From a virus: a stretch of 64,000 nt of DNA. The first letter of the stretch is position 1, and each line of letters begins with the position of its first letter. Position numbers and translations under genes: made by a program. Shown here piece after piece: positions 10,125 to 20,308 of the stretch. The notes under the pieces are model-generated. The model saw nothing but the letters and a program-made list of their open reading frames with translations. It ran no database searches and had not been told where the DNA came from. The stretch lies in the IMG/VR virus record IMGVR_UViG_3300027586_000004, positions 1 through 64,000 of that record. One strand, written 5' to 3'.

Positions 10125-11012
10125 TCAGTCAAGGGAAATGTATGGCAAATCGCCAAATTTGTAGATCAAATCCTCAAACCACTTCTGCCTGTCTTCTCTC
10201 GCTTCCTGGAGGAGTTGTTGGCCGTCCATTGCGACGCTGCCGCCCGCGCCTGGGACGCTCTGGTACTTGCTCCTTATTCTGCCCAGTTGCTCCTTGGCAT
10301 ATGTGAGAGCCCCCTCTTGTATTGCTTGGGTCACCTCGCCCCAGTCCTTGTTCTTCTGGAGGTGGTGAACCATTACCTTCTGGATCATGTATGGAACTGG
10401 ATACAATTTTATTGAATTCAGCCCGCCAAGGAACTCCCAGCCTCCCAATGCCGAACTGGTTCTCGAGTACATCTGCTGGTATTGCTTGTAGAGAACCCAC
10501 TCTCCCATTTTCCCGTATACTGGCTGTACGGGGTCTATCATGCCTCCGAGAATGGTTCCCGAAGCCCCTGTGTAATATTCTATGGGAATTACGCCGCCCA
10601 GATCGCTTGCCTGGAATGCGTTGTTTCCCACCTCTCTGTAGAACACATTTCTTATTATTCCTACTTCAGGAGGCATGGTGTATACGCTCTGGCCGGGCAA
10701 CGTATTGAACACATAGTACTGGAAGTGCTCCCTTCCTGCGTAGTCCTCGAATATCTTCATCGCCTGGTCTACCGCGAGGTCAAGGTTCTGCATGTCTAGT
10801 TCCAGCTTGATAACTGGGGCGCCGAGCATGAGCATGCAGTAGTCCTTGATCTGCTCCCTGACCTTCTCCCTCTTTTTTCTCGGGCCGATCTGGCTTTTGT
10901 TGAGAGGATCCACGGGTCCAAGGTCGTTGCAGGTGCTGTTGCACTGCATGCTGTCCATGTTGGTCATGCTCGGTCTGTTGACGGCCAGGGTGTTGTTTCC
11001 TCCGCAGCTCAT
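10125..11012 (-). CDS. Neck/head-completion protein, T4 gp13-like
   Basis: IKDYCMLMLGAPVIKLEL...LGRIRSKYQSVPGAGGSVAMDGQQLLQEA pattern typical of gp13. Start may be 11036 or 11012. Confidence 0.85.
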   Translation of the reverse strand: MSCGGNNTLAVNRPSMTNMDSMQCNSTCNDLGPVDPLNKSQIGPRKKREKVREQIKDYCMLMLGAPVIKLELDMQNLDLAVDQAMKIFEDYAGREHFQYYVFNTLPGQSVYTMPPEVGIIRNVFYREVGNNAFQASDLGGVIPIEYYTGASGTILGGMIDPVQPVYGKMGEWVLYKQYQQMYSRTSSALGGWEFLGGLNSIKLYPVPYMIQKVMVHHLQKNKDWGEVTQAIQEGALTYAKEQLGRIRSKYQSVPGAGGSVAMDGQQLLQEAREDRQKWFEDLIYKFGDLPYISLD

Positions 11013-11071
11013 TTTTATTCCTTTGTGGGTGTCCATTGATATATATGTTTTGACAAACGAAAGGAGAACTT

Positions 11072-11473
11072 ATGGCAAGACAATACGAACCGATGCCCTT
11101 GGGCGATCTTCCGGAATACATGAGATCGGTGAGGGACGGCGGACAGGGCGACTATGCTCCGGTGGTGGATGTCGGCAGGATCGTGGATGACCGGCCGAGG
11201 TGGGGAAGGCTGGCGACTTTTGCATTGGCATCGGCGGCCTGCGTGATTGTGGGGATTTATGCCGTCAATTCCACAATTGATATCTCCATAGCATCTTCTT
11301 CTGATTCCGTCGCGGTGTCCAAAATGGTTTCCGACGAGGGCGGAAAGGTCTTTTCGGTCAAGAAGAACGAGGACGGAACCTACAGGGTGAGGGTTTTCAG
11401 TTTCGGCGCAAGAGACCTTGTTGACAGGCTGAAGGACGAGGGGCGATTTGACAGCGTAGAGTTGGAGGACTGA
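11072..11473 (+). CDS. Hypothetical single-TM membrane protein
   Basis: AAGGAG RBS; hydrophobic segment LATFALASAACVIVGIYAV. Confidence 0.7.
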   Translation: MARQYEPMPLGDLPEYMRSVRDGGQGDYAPVVDVGRIVDDRPRWGRLATFALASAACVIVGIYAVNSTIDISIASSSDSVAVSKMVSDEGGKVFSVKKNEDGTYRVRVFSFGARDLVDRLKDEGRFDSVELED

Positions 11474-11502
11474 TTTTTCTTCCTTCCTCGCTCTCATAGT
11501 TC

Positions 11503-11811
11503 ATGTTCCAGGGAATGTTCCAGAACCTTCAGGGCAACGCGATCAAAAAGCACATATTTGATATGCTCGGAGAGAGATATGGAAGGAACGAGCGATTCGT
11601 CGAAAGGCTTATAAGCCAAGTTACGACAAAAGAAGATTACGAGGGTCTAGGCGCTTTCCTGGCGGATCTGTTTGAGTCGGGTTTTGTCAGGGCTGTAAAT
11701 CAGTACAAGGATCAATTTTCAAAGATGGGAATGAAGGTCAGCATAGTTCCTGAGGAGAAACCCAAAGACTCTAACTCCAAGATATTCGGTCATTCGGAAA
11801 AGTCGGGTTGA
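11503..11811 (+). CDS. Hypothetical protein
   Basis: 102-aa ORF with phage-like codon use. Confidence 0.7.
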   Translation: MFQGMFQNLQGNAIKKHIFDMLGERYGRNERFVERLISQVTTKEDYEGLGAFLADLFESGFVRAVNQYKDQFSKMGMKVSIVPEEKPKDSNSKIFGHSEKSG

Positions 11812-12431
11812 GTCTCGGAGGGTGCGGACTTGAACAGCCATCCACCCTCCTTCCTTTCCTTGGAACTGACCTTCCACCATCTGTACTCATCATACGGAAC
11901 CCTGTCGTTTGACCCAGTCTCCTCGTTATAGACCTCGTATGAGAACGGATATATTATCGACCGCTCCGTGATCTGTTCGTTGGGGTCGCTTGTCCAGAAG
12001 TTGAACGAGAAGTCGTTTGACTCCACGACGATGAGCGGGAACACCATCTTTATTCCGTAGGTGAGACGCTCCCACGACTCCCCATAGAGGCTGTCTTTGT
12101 TCTTCTGCACTATTGCCGGAAGGCAGTGGGATATGACCTTGTACTTGATATGGGGCAGGTCAAAGGTCTTTTCGTCGGACTGAATTGAGGCCTCATGCCT
12201 TGGCTCCTCCCTTTTTGGTGCGGGGGGTGTCGGCTCCGGCGGTGGTTTGGGAGGATCGGGAATCTTCCTTGGCTCCTGCCTTTTCATCCTGGGGGCGGCG
12301 TTGGCTCTGATCTCGTCCCATGTGAAGTTGTGGAAGACGAGTTTGGACGAATCCCACTTTTCCTGCTCCTTGACGAGCGGATTGGGTGATTTTATTACAT
12401 AAACGCTTCCGTCCTTGCTCATTATTACCAT
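11790..12431 (-). CDS. Hypothetical protein with Pro-rich linker
   Basis: 213-aa ORF. Confidence 0.7.
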   Translation of the reverse strand: MVIMSKDGSVYVIKSPNPLVKEQEKWDSSKLVFHNFTWDEIRANAAPRMKRQEPRKIPDPPKPPPEPTPPAPKREEPRHEASIQSDEKTFDLPHIKYKVISHCLPAIVQKNKDSLYGESWERLTYGIKMVFPLIVVESNDFSFNFWTSDPNEQITERSIIYPFSYEVYNEETGSNDRVPYDEYRWWKVSSKERKEGGWLFKSAPSETQPDFSE

Positions 12432-12492
12432 TTTTTCAAACCCCTAACTATATAATCATTAGTCCATATAGAAGAGAAAAGAGAGGTGAAAA

Positions 12493-12894
12493 ATGCCGTT
12501 GGTGGTTCCTGATGAGGGCGAGCGTAGGCTCCTTGGATATGTCGTGAACAAGACCGCTCCTACCAACCTTGTTCTCCGTCTGTATACAAACAGCCTAGAC
12601 CTTTCTACCGAGACATGGAATTCGGCAAGCCTCACGGAGGCTTCCGGAGCCGGATACTCCTCTGCGACGCTCACGGGAGCCAACTGGGCTATCTCCACTG
12701 TCGCTGGTGTTACGGCCGCCGTGTACAACACGACGGTCACTTTTTCTTTCTCTGCTGCCCGAGACATACAGGGCTACTACCTGACCGACACCTCGGGCGC
12801 CATACTCTGGGGCGAGGAGTTCCCGGGGGCGCCTTTCAGCCTTCCTTCAACCGGTGGCGAAATAACCATACGCCCCCAGGTTCAGCTCAGCTGA
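12493..12894 (+). CDS. Putative virion structural protein
   Basis: GAGG RBS; beta-rich 133-aa protein inside the structural module. Confidence 0.65.
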   Translation: MPLVVPDEGERRLLGYVVNKTAPTNLVLRLYTNSLDLSTETWNSASLTEASGAGYSSATLTGANWAISTVAGVTAAVYNTTVTFSFSAARDIQGYYLTDTSGAILWGEEFPGAPFSLPSTGGEITIRPQVQLS

Positions 12895-12983
12895 TGAAGG
12901 GCTTCTGCAAATGGCCTGCGGATCGGAGAAGTCTGGTAGGAGTCTGACGGCGGTTTCCTATATAAGAAAGGAGGGAACGCGCA

Positions 12984-13583
12984 TTGATCAAGAACTCGGA
13001 CGGAACGCCATACAAGCCGGTGGGAAGCCTTGAGCAGTTTGACCCCGACAATCCCGAGCGCTGCCTCTGGAACGACTGGGACGCGGAGCTTATCAAGATA
13101 TACGGATCGCCCGTATTCTACTACGAGGTTTTCATACAGACCGGCTCGCTTGACAAGCTCTACAGGGAGGACCGGGGCAAGCTTTGGTCGAACAACCCCA
13201 TAACTCTTTATGCGGACTACGAGCCCGTCGTGGGTCAGAACTACCAGAATGCGTTCGGGATAGACTCCCCGGACGAGGTCATGTTCAATTTTAACTATCA
13301 GGACGTTCTAAAGAGAATAGGCCATCCCTTGAAGATAGGATCACGCATATACAGCCCGCACAGGAAGGAGGACTGGGTCGTCATCCAGAGGAACATAGGC
13401 GAGACGATGCTGTGGAGCCAATTGAGACTCCAGGTTCTCTGTCAGAGGTTTCAAGAAAGCGTCACTACGGGCGAAGGCAAAGTCACTCAGCCAAAACAAG
13501 AGTTCGATCTTAATCCAGCCTCCAAATATTCTTCTTCGCCTCCCACGCCGCCACTGCCACCCTCACCTCCCGGGGGGGATTGA
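12984..13583 (+). CDS. Neck protein, T4 gp14-like
   Basis: ELIKIYGSPVFYY...DKLYREDR...AFGIDSPDEVMF pattern; located between gp13-like and gp15-like genes. Confidence 0.75.
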   Translation: MIKNSDGTPYKPVGSLEQFDPDNPERCLWNDWDAELIKIYGSPVFYYEVFIQTGSLDKLYREDRGKLWSNNPITLYADYEPVVGQNYQNAFGIDSPDEVMFNFNYQDVLKRIGHPLKIGSRIYSPHRKEDWVVIQRNIGETMLWSQLRLQVLCQRFQESVTTGEGKVTQPKQEFDLNPASKYSSSPPTPPLPPSPPGGD

Positions 13584-13585
13584 GA

Positions 13586-13744
13586 TCATTCTGTTTTTGA
13601 CCATCCAAGATAAACGCCGTCCGTCTTGTGAACCTTCCAGAACATCATAAGTGGCATTTTTGGTTTTGGGAGTCTGACCATGGTTCCCTCGGGCATGTAT
13701 GGAACCCTTCTCTTCTTTGATTTTCTTATCGGGAAGTGTTTCAT
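13586..13744 (-). CDS. Small basic hypothetical protein (52 aa)
   Basis: MKHFPIRKSKKRRVPYMPEG...; ATGA overlap with the stop of the upstream gene. Below the ORF-track cutoff. Confidence 0.55.
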   Translation of the reverse strand: MKHFPIRKSKKRRVPYMPEGTMVRLPKPKMPLMMFWKVHKTDGVYLGWSKTE

Positions 13745-14592
13745 TTTTTTAACCGGAAAAATCTTTTGGGAATTTTTGTTTTCAACTCCACAGCCTTCTT
13801 CTGCATTTTTGATTTTATCAAGTCGTCAACTGTATCGTATCTGTCCCTTGAGTATGCGGAAGAGAGCACTTTGTATTTGTCGTCAAAGCACAGTCCCTCG
13901 CTGTCGGTCCATTTTTTGGATGCTATGTTAGATCCGTGTTCCCCTATCCTCCGGTCTCTGTTTTCTCTCTCCGCCCTTTCTTCGTCGCTGAACGGAACGA
14001 AGGAAGATGGATTTCTCTGCGGAAGTATCAGTATCTGTCCGTAGGGCTCGCCATGCCTGAATATGTGCGTCTCGCCCTCCCTCGGAGACTTGAAGACGAC
14101 GAAGAAAATTCTTGACCACCATCTTTGAATGTGTCCGGGGACGAGACACGGCACGTTGCCCGTGTTGTCTGTGTAGAATCTCGGATGAGGCTCGGTTCTT
14201 ACTATGTAACCCTCGGGTGGCTCCATGTCGTAGTTGCCCGACATTCCGTAGTGCCCGTCGGCAAAGCACATCATGGGCGGAGTCTTTTTTCTCTCCTGGT
14301 CGCCCGTCACATATTCTCCGTTCTCGCCGATCATCCATATCTCTTCGGAAAAGTCGCCTTCGAAGAGGACCTTGCCGCCGATCCTTCTTACCCTGCACTC
14401 ACTCTTGTATGGATACAGAAGTTCGTGTGCGTATGTGCTTCCTTCCACGAAAGGGGGGCAGTGCCACGGCTGTGCCGGGCTTCCGTCGCCGTGTCCCGTG
14501 TCATTGCCGGACCAGCCCGGAATCTGGAGCTTTATCGGGCGGGGAGGAGCGCCTCCGTCGAGAGATCTGTACTTGACGATTAATTCTTCCAT
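13741..14592 (-). CDS. Hypothetical protein, DUF6065-like
   Basis: HCPPF...ELLYP and FRHGEPYGQILILP motifs resemble the DUF6065 family. Confidence 0.5.
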   Translation of the reverse strand: MEELIVKYRSLDGGAPPRPIKLQIPGWSGNDTGHGDGSPAQPWHCPPFVEGSTYAHELLYPYKSECRVRRIGGKVLFEGDFSEEIWMIGENGEYVTGDQERKKTPPMMCFADGHYGMSGNYDMEPPEGYIVRTEPHPRFYTDNTGNVPCLVPGHIQRWWSRIFFVVFKSPREGETHIFRHGEPYGQILILPQRNPSSFVPFSDEERAERENRDRRIGEHGSNIASKKWTDSEGLCFDDKYKVLSSAYSRDRYDTVDDLIKSKMQKKAVELKTKIPKRFFRLKK

Positions 14593-14623
14593 TTTTGAAT
14601 ACATATTATATCAAGGGGATTCA

Positions 14624-15607
14624 ATGTCTGTCAATCCGGGCAATTATCAGAACAAGAAACTAAATGAGTGCAATCCAATCAGTCCGGCCGAGACATCCAG
14701 GATGGACTCGTCCGCTCCCCGCGACTGTCCAGGTCCGGCGGGACTCGGAAACGGCTGGGTGGAGCGGCAGTCTCAATCTAAGGTCGGCATAGGAAGGGAG
14801 GCTCAATGCGACCCCATGCAGACGGGGCAGATAGTGGAGGACATCAAGAATCCCGAGAGGGATGTCCTGTACCGCTACTCCAAAAGTCTGCGTGGGTGCG
14901 ACGAGGCCATGGTGGACTTGTTCTCCAACGTTGTCGTGATAGACGAGGACGGAAAGGCGCACAAGGTTCCGATCGTCTGGGGGACTCAAGAGAGGGCTGT
15001 CGCGTGGATACTGCAGGACAACGTGCGCAAGGACGGAAGCCTCGTCGTGGAGCGGATAAGGCTCCCCATGATGGCGATATATTCATCGGGAATGGATTTC
15101 GACCAAACGCGATATACGTACCACAGGGCCCTTGACTACATGAGGAGGCTGGATCCTGCTGGAAGACCCGGCTTGACCTCCAAGGAAAAGTACGAAAGGG
15201 ACACCGTGTTCGGTGTTGCAAGGGGCGTTCCCGTCAACAAGGCGTACACCCTCACGGCCTGGACGATGTACATGGAGGATATAGATCAAATCATAGAGCA
15301 GATAGTTCTAAAATTTTCTCCAGTTGCATACATACGCGTTAGGGGAGTCAACTGGGAGACTGTGGTCAACCTTGACTCCATAGCGAACAATGTGGACTAT
15401 GAGCCGGGCGACCAGAACCAAAGAATAATAAAATTCGAATTTAGTTTTACCGCCCGTACATATATACCACAACCGATGGTTAGAAAGAAGGCGGTACTTG
15501 CCACCAAAATTGACCTGTACGATAGCGTTGAGGAACAAAGGATTGCGGAAGTGTTGGGCAGGATAGAGGAGAGCGTCGAGAACATAGAAAGGCAAATTGA
15601 TGATTGA
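14624..15607 (+). CDS. Tail sheath stabiliser/terminator, T4 gp15-like
   Basis: KVPIVWGTQER...RLPMMA...D..QIIEQIVLKFSP motif; start taken at MSVNPG with AAGGGG RBS. Confidence 0.8.
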   Translation: MSVNPGNYQNKKLNECNPISPAETSRMDSSAPRDCPGPAGLGNGWVERQSQSKVGIGREAQCDPMQTGQIVEDIKNPERDVLYRYSKSLRGCDEAMVDLFSNVVVIDEDGKAHKVPIVWGTQERAVAWILQDNVRKDGSLVVERIRLPMMAIYSSGMDFDQTRYTYHRALDYMRRLDPAGRPGLTSKEKYERDTVFGVARGVPVNKAYTLTAWTMYMEDIDQIIEQIVLKFSPVAYIRVRGVNWETVVNLDSIANNVDYEPGDQNQRIIKFEFSFTARTYIPQPMVRKKAVLATKIDLYDSVEEQRIAEVLGRIEESVENIERQIDD

Positions 15608-15824
15608 AATAAAAAACAAGACAAGGGGTCCGGTTCAGATACTTATAAGATCAAGGAAGTCTCCTAGGGCCTTCACAACACTAAATGTACCAGGCGTAGG
15701 TGCTGGAAACAACACCTACATGCTGGAGGATGAGCGGAACACTGAATATGTGGATAGAGCGGAGAAGATGGGTCTCATCTCTACAAGGCATCTAACAAAA
15801 AAAGAATTGAACAAGGGAGAATAA
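15597..15824 (+). CDS. Small hypothetical protein of the tail operon
   Basis: 75 aa, coupled between the gp15-like and sheath genes. Confidence 0.7.
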   Translation: MMIEIKNKTRGPVQILIRSRKSPRAFTTLNVPGVGAGNNTYMLEDERNTEYVDRAEKMGLISTRHLTKKELNKGE

Positions 15825-15828
15825 AGTT

Positions 15829-18801
15829 ATGGCAATCTTAAGAGGCTTTCCACCCTCAAACACAATTTCGCCTTCGGTACGAATAACTGAAAAGGATCTG
15901 AGTTTCATCGCTCCTGATCAGTCTTTCCACAGAGCAGGCCTGGTGGGTTTTGCGAGCAAGGGGCCAATCAACGTCCCCACGCTCGTCCAATCGAGGAGAC
16001 AGCTCAATACTGTTTTCGGATATCCGCATCCCGAGGCCGGTGATCCCTACCTCATGTACGCCGCCGAGCAGTATCTGCTTGTTGCGAGCGAACTCTATGT
16101 CGTGCGCGTTGCCGACACCTCGGCTGTGAGTTGGGAGAGGGCGAGAACGGCTCAGACCCAGCTTCCGAGCGCGGGAGGTGCAGTTCTTCTTGTGTCGAGT
16201 GGTCCCGGCCCCTACAGCCTGGACAAAGATATGTACTTCCGCTGGAGGCTGAACAAGGTCCTGGCCTCCAAGGTCCTTGTCGCCCTGGCGGACGATATCC
16301 ATCCGGATCCAATCGTGCAAGGCACGGGCTACAGCGCGTCGCAGCTTGCGGACGATCTGAACATGCAACTTGATCCTTCGGTTGACGGAATTGAATTTTT
16401 CGCAACGGACGAGTCAGTCAAGTTTGTTGAGTCCGAGGTTGTGTCCACATCAGACGTGGACAACAGCGCCGTATTCAACCTCGCCAATGACAACCTCGTC
16501 GCCGGATCGATAGCCGGCAGGGTGGTTGTCGGAGGAGCGGTCGTCCAGACCTTCTCGGTCAACAATGAGGGAGTATTTACGTTCAAGACGGTCGTCAGTT
16601 CCGTTGTCAAGGCCGTTTCGGGATCGGTTGATCTTGAACTTGGCGTGATAACCATCGGATACAGCGGAAGCCTATCGGTTGGCACGAACAGAATATCCGT
16701 AGACTACAACTACACGGCATCATACGGAACTTCTCGCATAGGCGTGAGAACAACCTTCTCATTCGGCCCTGATGCGAGCCTGGAGCTGGTATCCGTCAAG
16801 GATTCACTGTACGGTCCGGACACGGCTGACGTTGGAAGCAACGTCCATGTGAGCCCCGTAGGGCTCGGAACGGAAATGGAAGTCGCCCAGTTCACGGGGG
16901 GCGATGCTGGCAGTCAGAAATCCGTCACGTTCCAAGACACGGGAGATACGGCCACTCTAACGAGCCACGGCTTTGCCGACGGAACCCAGATATCATTCTC
17001 GGCCATCACCAACACCACCGGCATCACCGTCAACACGAGTTATTTCGTGGTGAATGCTACTGCAGACACCTTCAAGCTCTCCCTAAGCAGTGGTGGAGCG
17101 CCGCTGGCTTTGACAACCGACGGTGAGGGAACCGGCATCGCCGCTGGCCTATACGATTTCACCACAGTCTCGGCCTATGACCTTCAGGTAGTGCTTGATG
17201 GGACTGACAGCGTTCTTATTGACAATGTGGTTCAAGTACTCGACTTGTCCAGCTTCGCAAATAACAATGCCGTTTCCGCGGCAGCGGTCAAAGCGAGCAT
17301 CAACGCTCAGATCGCCTCCGGCGACGTGCCGGGAGGCTTTGAGGCGGTTACGGTCGGCAACTACGTGTCGATCAGGACGCTCCATGCGGGCAACGACGCA
17401 AGGCTTCTCGTAAAGAACGAGAGCTCTGTGTTTGGGCTTTTTGGATTTGATACTCCTCTGGTCGGGCCCAACAGCCCCATTTCCGTCACTGGCCCGTATG
17501 TTACCGCCGAGGGTTACTCCCCCGACGGAGTGAGCGGTTCGGTCGGAATATCAACTTACGGTGTCGTGAGGGGCAACTCAAACAGGCTTGGTGACGTCTC
17601 CGTGACGTTGACCGCCGACTCGGCGGGCATAGAAGGAAATGCCACGCAGGTCGTGGTCAAGAACAACGTCAGAGAAGGAAACTTCGTCATGGAAGTGTAC
17701 AGCAACGGAGTTCAGGTAGAGTCTTGGGGTAGTCTTACGAAGGATGAGGCGAGCCGGTTCTATGTGGAGACCTTCCTGAGTCTGGTTTCGGACTACGTCA
17801 AGTCTCTTGACAACACCGCAAACCCCTCTCCGCCGCTAGACGGCACATATCAGCTCTCCGGCGGAAACGACGGAATACCCTCCGATCCTGACGACCAGGA
17901 TTACTACCTGATCGGCAACCAACTCGGATACACGGGCATATATGCCCTGAGCGATCCGGAGCAGATAGACATAGACTTGGTCGCTATACCCGGACACAGT
18001 TCCACTGGTGTGGTCATGGCTCTCATAGACATGTGCCAGAACCTCAGAATGGACTGCATGGCCATCGTGGACGCTCCGTTCGGCCTGACGGTTAAGGAGA
18101 TAATCCACTGGCAGAACGGCGCCCATCCGCTGAACACGACGAGGTTCGATTCGGACTTCGCCGCCCTTTACTGGCCGTGGGTCAAGATCCGAGATTCGTT
18201 CAACAACGTGGATGTTTGGGTTCCTCCGAGTGGCTCGGTCATGGCGGTTTATGCCAGAAACGACGCGCTGTCTGCTCCTTGGTTTGCGCCTGCCGGCGTG
18301 ACGAGGGGAATAGTTCCCGGAATAACCGACGTTTTCAGCCGTCCGACTCTGGAAGAAAGGGATCTGATGTATGGAAACAGAAACGCCATCAACCCCATCG
18401 TTCAGTATGCGGATTTCCAAGACTTCGTCGTCTGGGGACAGAAGACGCTTCAGCGACGGCCGACGGCCCTTGACAGGGTAAACGTCAGAAGGCTGATGTT
18501 TGTCATAGAGAAGAGAATCCGAGTGGCCTCAAGGACGCTCCTGTTCGAACCCCATGATGAAATCTTCCGCGAGAGGTTCATAGACATCGCCACAAGGATT
18601 CTGCGCGAGGTTCAGACAGGAAGAGGACTCACCGCCTTCATAATCAAGGCGGACGAGGAGCTCAACACTCCGGACGTGATAGACAGGAATGAGTTCAGGG
18701 CCAGAATAGGCGTCCAGCCGACGAGGGCCGTGGAATTCATGTTCCTTGAGTTCAGCATACATAGAACTGGAAGCTTTGAGGCGGGATCGGACACCTTCTG
18801 A
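15829..18801 (+). CDS. Tail sheath protein (T4 gp18-like) with inserted domains
   Basis: SPSVRITEKDLS N-terminus; YWPW, PPSG, WFAPAG, WGQKTL, RVNVRRL, PTRAVEF motifs. Confidence 0.95.
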   Translation: MAILRGFPPSNTISPSVRITEKDLSFIAPDQSFHRAGLVGFASKGPINVPTLVQSRRQLNTVFGYPHPEAGDPYLMYAAEQYLLVASELYVVRVADTSAVSWERARTAQTQLPSAGGAVLLVSSGPGPYSLDKDMYFRWRLNKVLASKVLVALADDIHPDPIVQGTGYSASQLADDLNMQLDPSVDGIEFFATDESVKFVESEVVSTSDVDNSAVFNLANDNLVAGSIAGRVVVGGAVVQTFSVNNEGVFTFKTVVSSVVKAVSGSVDLELGVITIGYSGSLSVGTNRISVDYNYTASYGTSRIGVRTTFSFGPDASLELVSVKDSLYGPDTADVGSNVHVSPVGLGTEMEVAQFTGGDAGSQKSVTFQDTGDTATLTSHGFADGTQISFSAITNTTGITVNTSYFVVNATADTFKLSLSSGGAPLALTTDGEGTGIAAGLYDFTTVSAYDLQVVLDGTDSVLIDNVVQVLDLSSFANNNAVSAAAVKASINAQIASGDVPGGFEAVTVGNYVSIRTLHAGNDARLLVKNESSVFGLFGFDTPLVGPNSPISVTGPYVTAEGYSPDGVSGSVGISTYGVVRGNSNRLGDVSVTLTADSAGIEGNATQVVVKNNVREGNFVMEVYSNGVQVESWGSLTKDEASRFYVETFLSLVSDYVKSLDNTANPSPPLDGTYQLSGGNDGIPSDPDDQDYYLIGNQLGYTGIYALSDPEQIDIDLVAIPGHSSTGVVMALIDMCQNLRMDCMAIVDAPFGLTVKEIIHWQNGAHPLNTTRFDSDFAALYWPWVKIRDSFNNVDVWVPPSGSVMAVYARNDALSAPWFAPAGVTRGIVPGITDVFSRPTLEERDLMYGNRNAINPIVQYADFQDFVVWGQKTLQRRPTALDRVNVRRLMFVIEKRIRVASRTLLFEPHDEIFRERFIDIATRILREVQTGRGLTAFIIKADEELNTPDVIDRNEFRARIGVQPTRAVEFMFLEFSIHRTGSFEAGSDTF

Positions 18802-18836
18802 TATTGAAAAGTTAGATAAAATAGGAGAAATAAAAA

Positions 18837-19424
18837 ATGCCACAACAAATGATGAATTTGGGTGAGATAGGCGGACCAAATATCATCCACAAGAGAAAAT
18901 TCCGCTGGACATTCGAAGTCCAGAGAGCGACCGGCAAAGGCGTACCATATGCTTTCGTCAAAATGGCGGCCAGGCCCAATATCTCCATAGAGGAGACTGA
19001 GATCAACTTTCTGAACGGAAAGACCTACATTCCTGGAAAGGGCACGTGGGAGACGATTACCATCACGTACTACGACGTGGCCGGGAGCGACAACATTCCG
19101 CTTTGGAGCTGGCTTGCCGATGTATATAACTTCCTGCCGGACGGCAAAGGAGCTCTCCCGCTGACGCAGAACTCGAAGAGGAGTTGCTACACGGGAACGG
19201 GAATCTGCACGATGTTTGACGGTTGCGGAAACGGCCTTGAAGAGTGGAAACTTAACGACTGCTGGCCCCAGGCCGTCAACTTCGGCGAGCTTGACTACGG
19301 ATCATCCGAAGAGGCTACGATTGAGGTGACGGTCAGATACGCGAATGTTGCCTACAAGAACCTTTGCGGAGATAACCCCAGTACCAATTGCTGCGGTTGC
19401 AGTCCGGGAGCAAATAATAGATAA
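18837..19424 (+). CDS. Tail tube protein (T4 gp19-like)
   Basis: RKFRW...ARPNISIEE...WETITITYYD...WPQAVNFGELDY; directly after the sheath gene. Confidence 0.9.
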   Translation: MPQQMMNLGEIGGPNIIHKRKFRWTFEVQRATGKGVPYAFVKMAARPNISIEETEINFLNGKTYIPGKGTWETITITYYDVAGSDNIPLWSWLADVYNFLPDGKGALPLTQNSKRSCYTGTGICTMFDGCGNGLEEWKLNDCWPQAVNFGELDYGSSEEATIEVTVRYANVAYKNLCGDNPSTNCCGCSPGANNR

Positions 19425-19456
19425 GCATGATATCCGGCGAAATTCGGATTCAAAAC

Positions 19457-19492
19457 AAAAAGGCTGGCGCATTCGCCGGCCTTTTTTATTTT
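19457..19492 (+). terminator. Rho-independent terminator
   Basis: AGGCTGGCG/CGCCGGCCT stem followed by a T-tract; the preceding A-tract makes it possibly bidirectional. Confidence 0.8.
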
Positions 19493-19522
19493 GTACTCTA
19501 ATAGATTTGACAGGAGGATTGA

Positions 19523-20038
19523 ATGGGACAGCAGATGGGTCTTGGGAAGTTGGGCGGGGATGTGTGCATCATGCGCAAGTTCCGATGGCTTTTTTTCATA
19601 GACGGGGTCTGCGACGATGGCACGAAAGCCCTGCCTCCCGACAAGGGAGCCAGGCCTAGCCTCAATTTCAAGGAGATAGAGGCTCAGCACCTTAACGAAA
19701 CGGTGTATTTTGCCGGGAAGCCCGACTGGAAGCCCGTGAACCTGACGCTGTTCGATCTCAAGTCAAAAACCAATCCGATATTCAAGTGGCTCAAGGAACA
19801 GTATGAGCCATGCGAGGACAAGGGAGACTGGAAGGTTCCTACTCCGGGGGAATGGAAGAAGACGGGCAGGCTCAAGATGTACGACGGTTGCGGAAACGTG
19901 ATTGAGGAATGGGTCTTTGCGAACATATGGCCAAACAACATAGAATGGGGCGACTTGGACATGTCAAGTAGCGACTATGTGACGGTGGAATTGACCCTTA
20001 GATATGACAGGGCGTGGGCTGTTGACTGCTCCGGCTAA
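19523..20038 (+). CDS. Second tail tube-like protein (gp19 paralogue)
   Basis: RKFRW, ARPSL, DGCGN, WPNNIEWGDLD and LRYDRA align with the preceding tube protein. Confidence 0.85.
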   Translation: MGQQMGLGKLGGDVCIMRKFRWLFFIDGVCDDGTKALPPDKGARPSLNFKEIEAQHLNETVYFAGKPDWKPVNLTLFDLKSKTNPIFKWLKEQYEPCEDKGDWKVPTPGEWKKTGRLKMYDGCGNVIEEWVFANIWPNNIEWGDLDMSSSDYVTVELTLRYDRAWAVDCSG

Positions 20039-20266
20039 CTACTCCATGTCGTTCTTAAGGAGCTCCCTCATTTCGGCCAGCTTGTCCTCTAACTGCTTTG
20101 ATTTCAGTTTTAGTTTTCTGCAGGCTCCGCTTTTGTTAAGCCTGCCCTTCTTTGTATAGACGCGCTTCTCGTCATCCAGAAGCGCCGTTACTATTTCGCC
20201 GTATCCGTTTGCTATGAGTTTTTTTATTAACTCTTGTCTTTCAACGTATTCTGTGTTGTTGCTCAT
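20039..20266 (-). CDS. Small putative HTH protein next to the sigma factor
   Basis: LNKSGACRKLKL resembles an HTH; has its own TTGATT-16-TATAAT promoter. Confidence 0.6.
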   Translation of the reverse strand: MSNNTEYVERQELIKKLIANGYGEIVTALLDDEKRVYTKKGRLNKSGACRKLKLKSKQLEDKLAEMRELLKNDME

Positions 20267-20273
20267 TTAGAAA

Positions 20274-20301
20274 ATTATAGAATTAGTTATATAAAAATCA
20301 A
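20274..20301 (-). promoter_or_regulatory. Sigma70-like promoter (near-leaderless)
   Basis: TTGATT-N16-TATAAT ending 7 nt before ATG 20266. Confidence 0.5.
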
Positions 20302-20308
20302 TATCATG

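Noticed and set aside
14273-14623. 5' extensions in the ORF track (also 24406-24531, 37865-38170, 23810-24133, 29684-29884)
   Set aside because: They overlap better-supported genes; internal starts have an RBS or stop/start overlaps.
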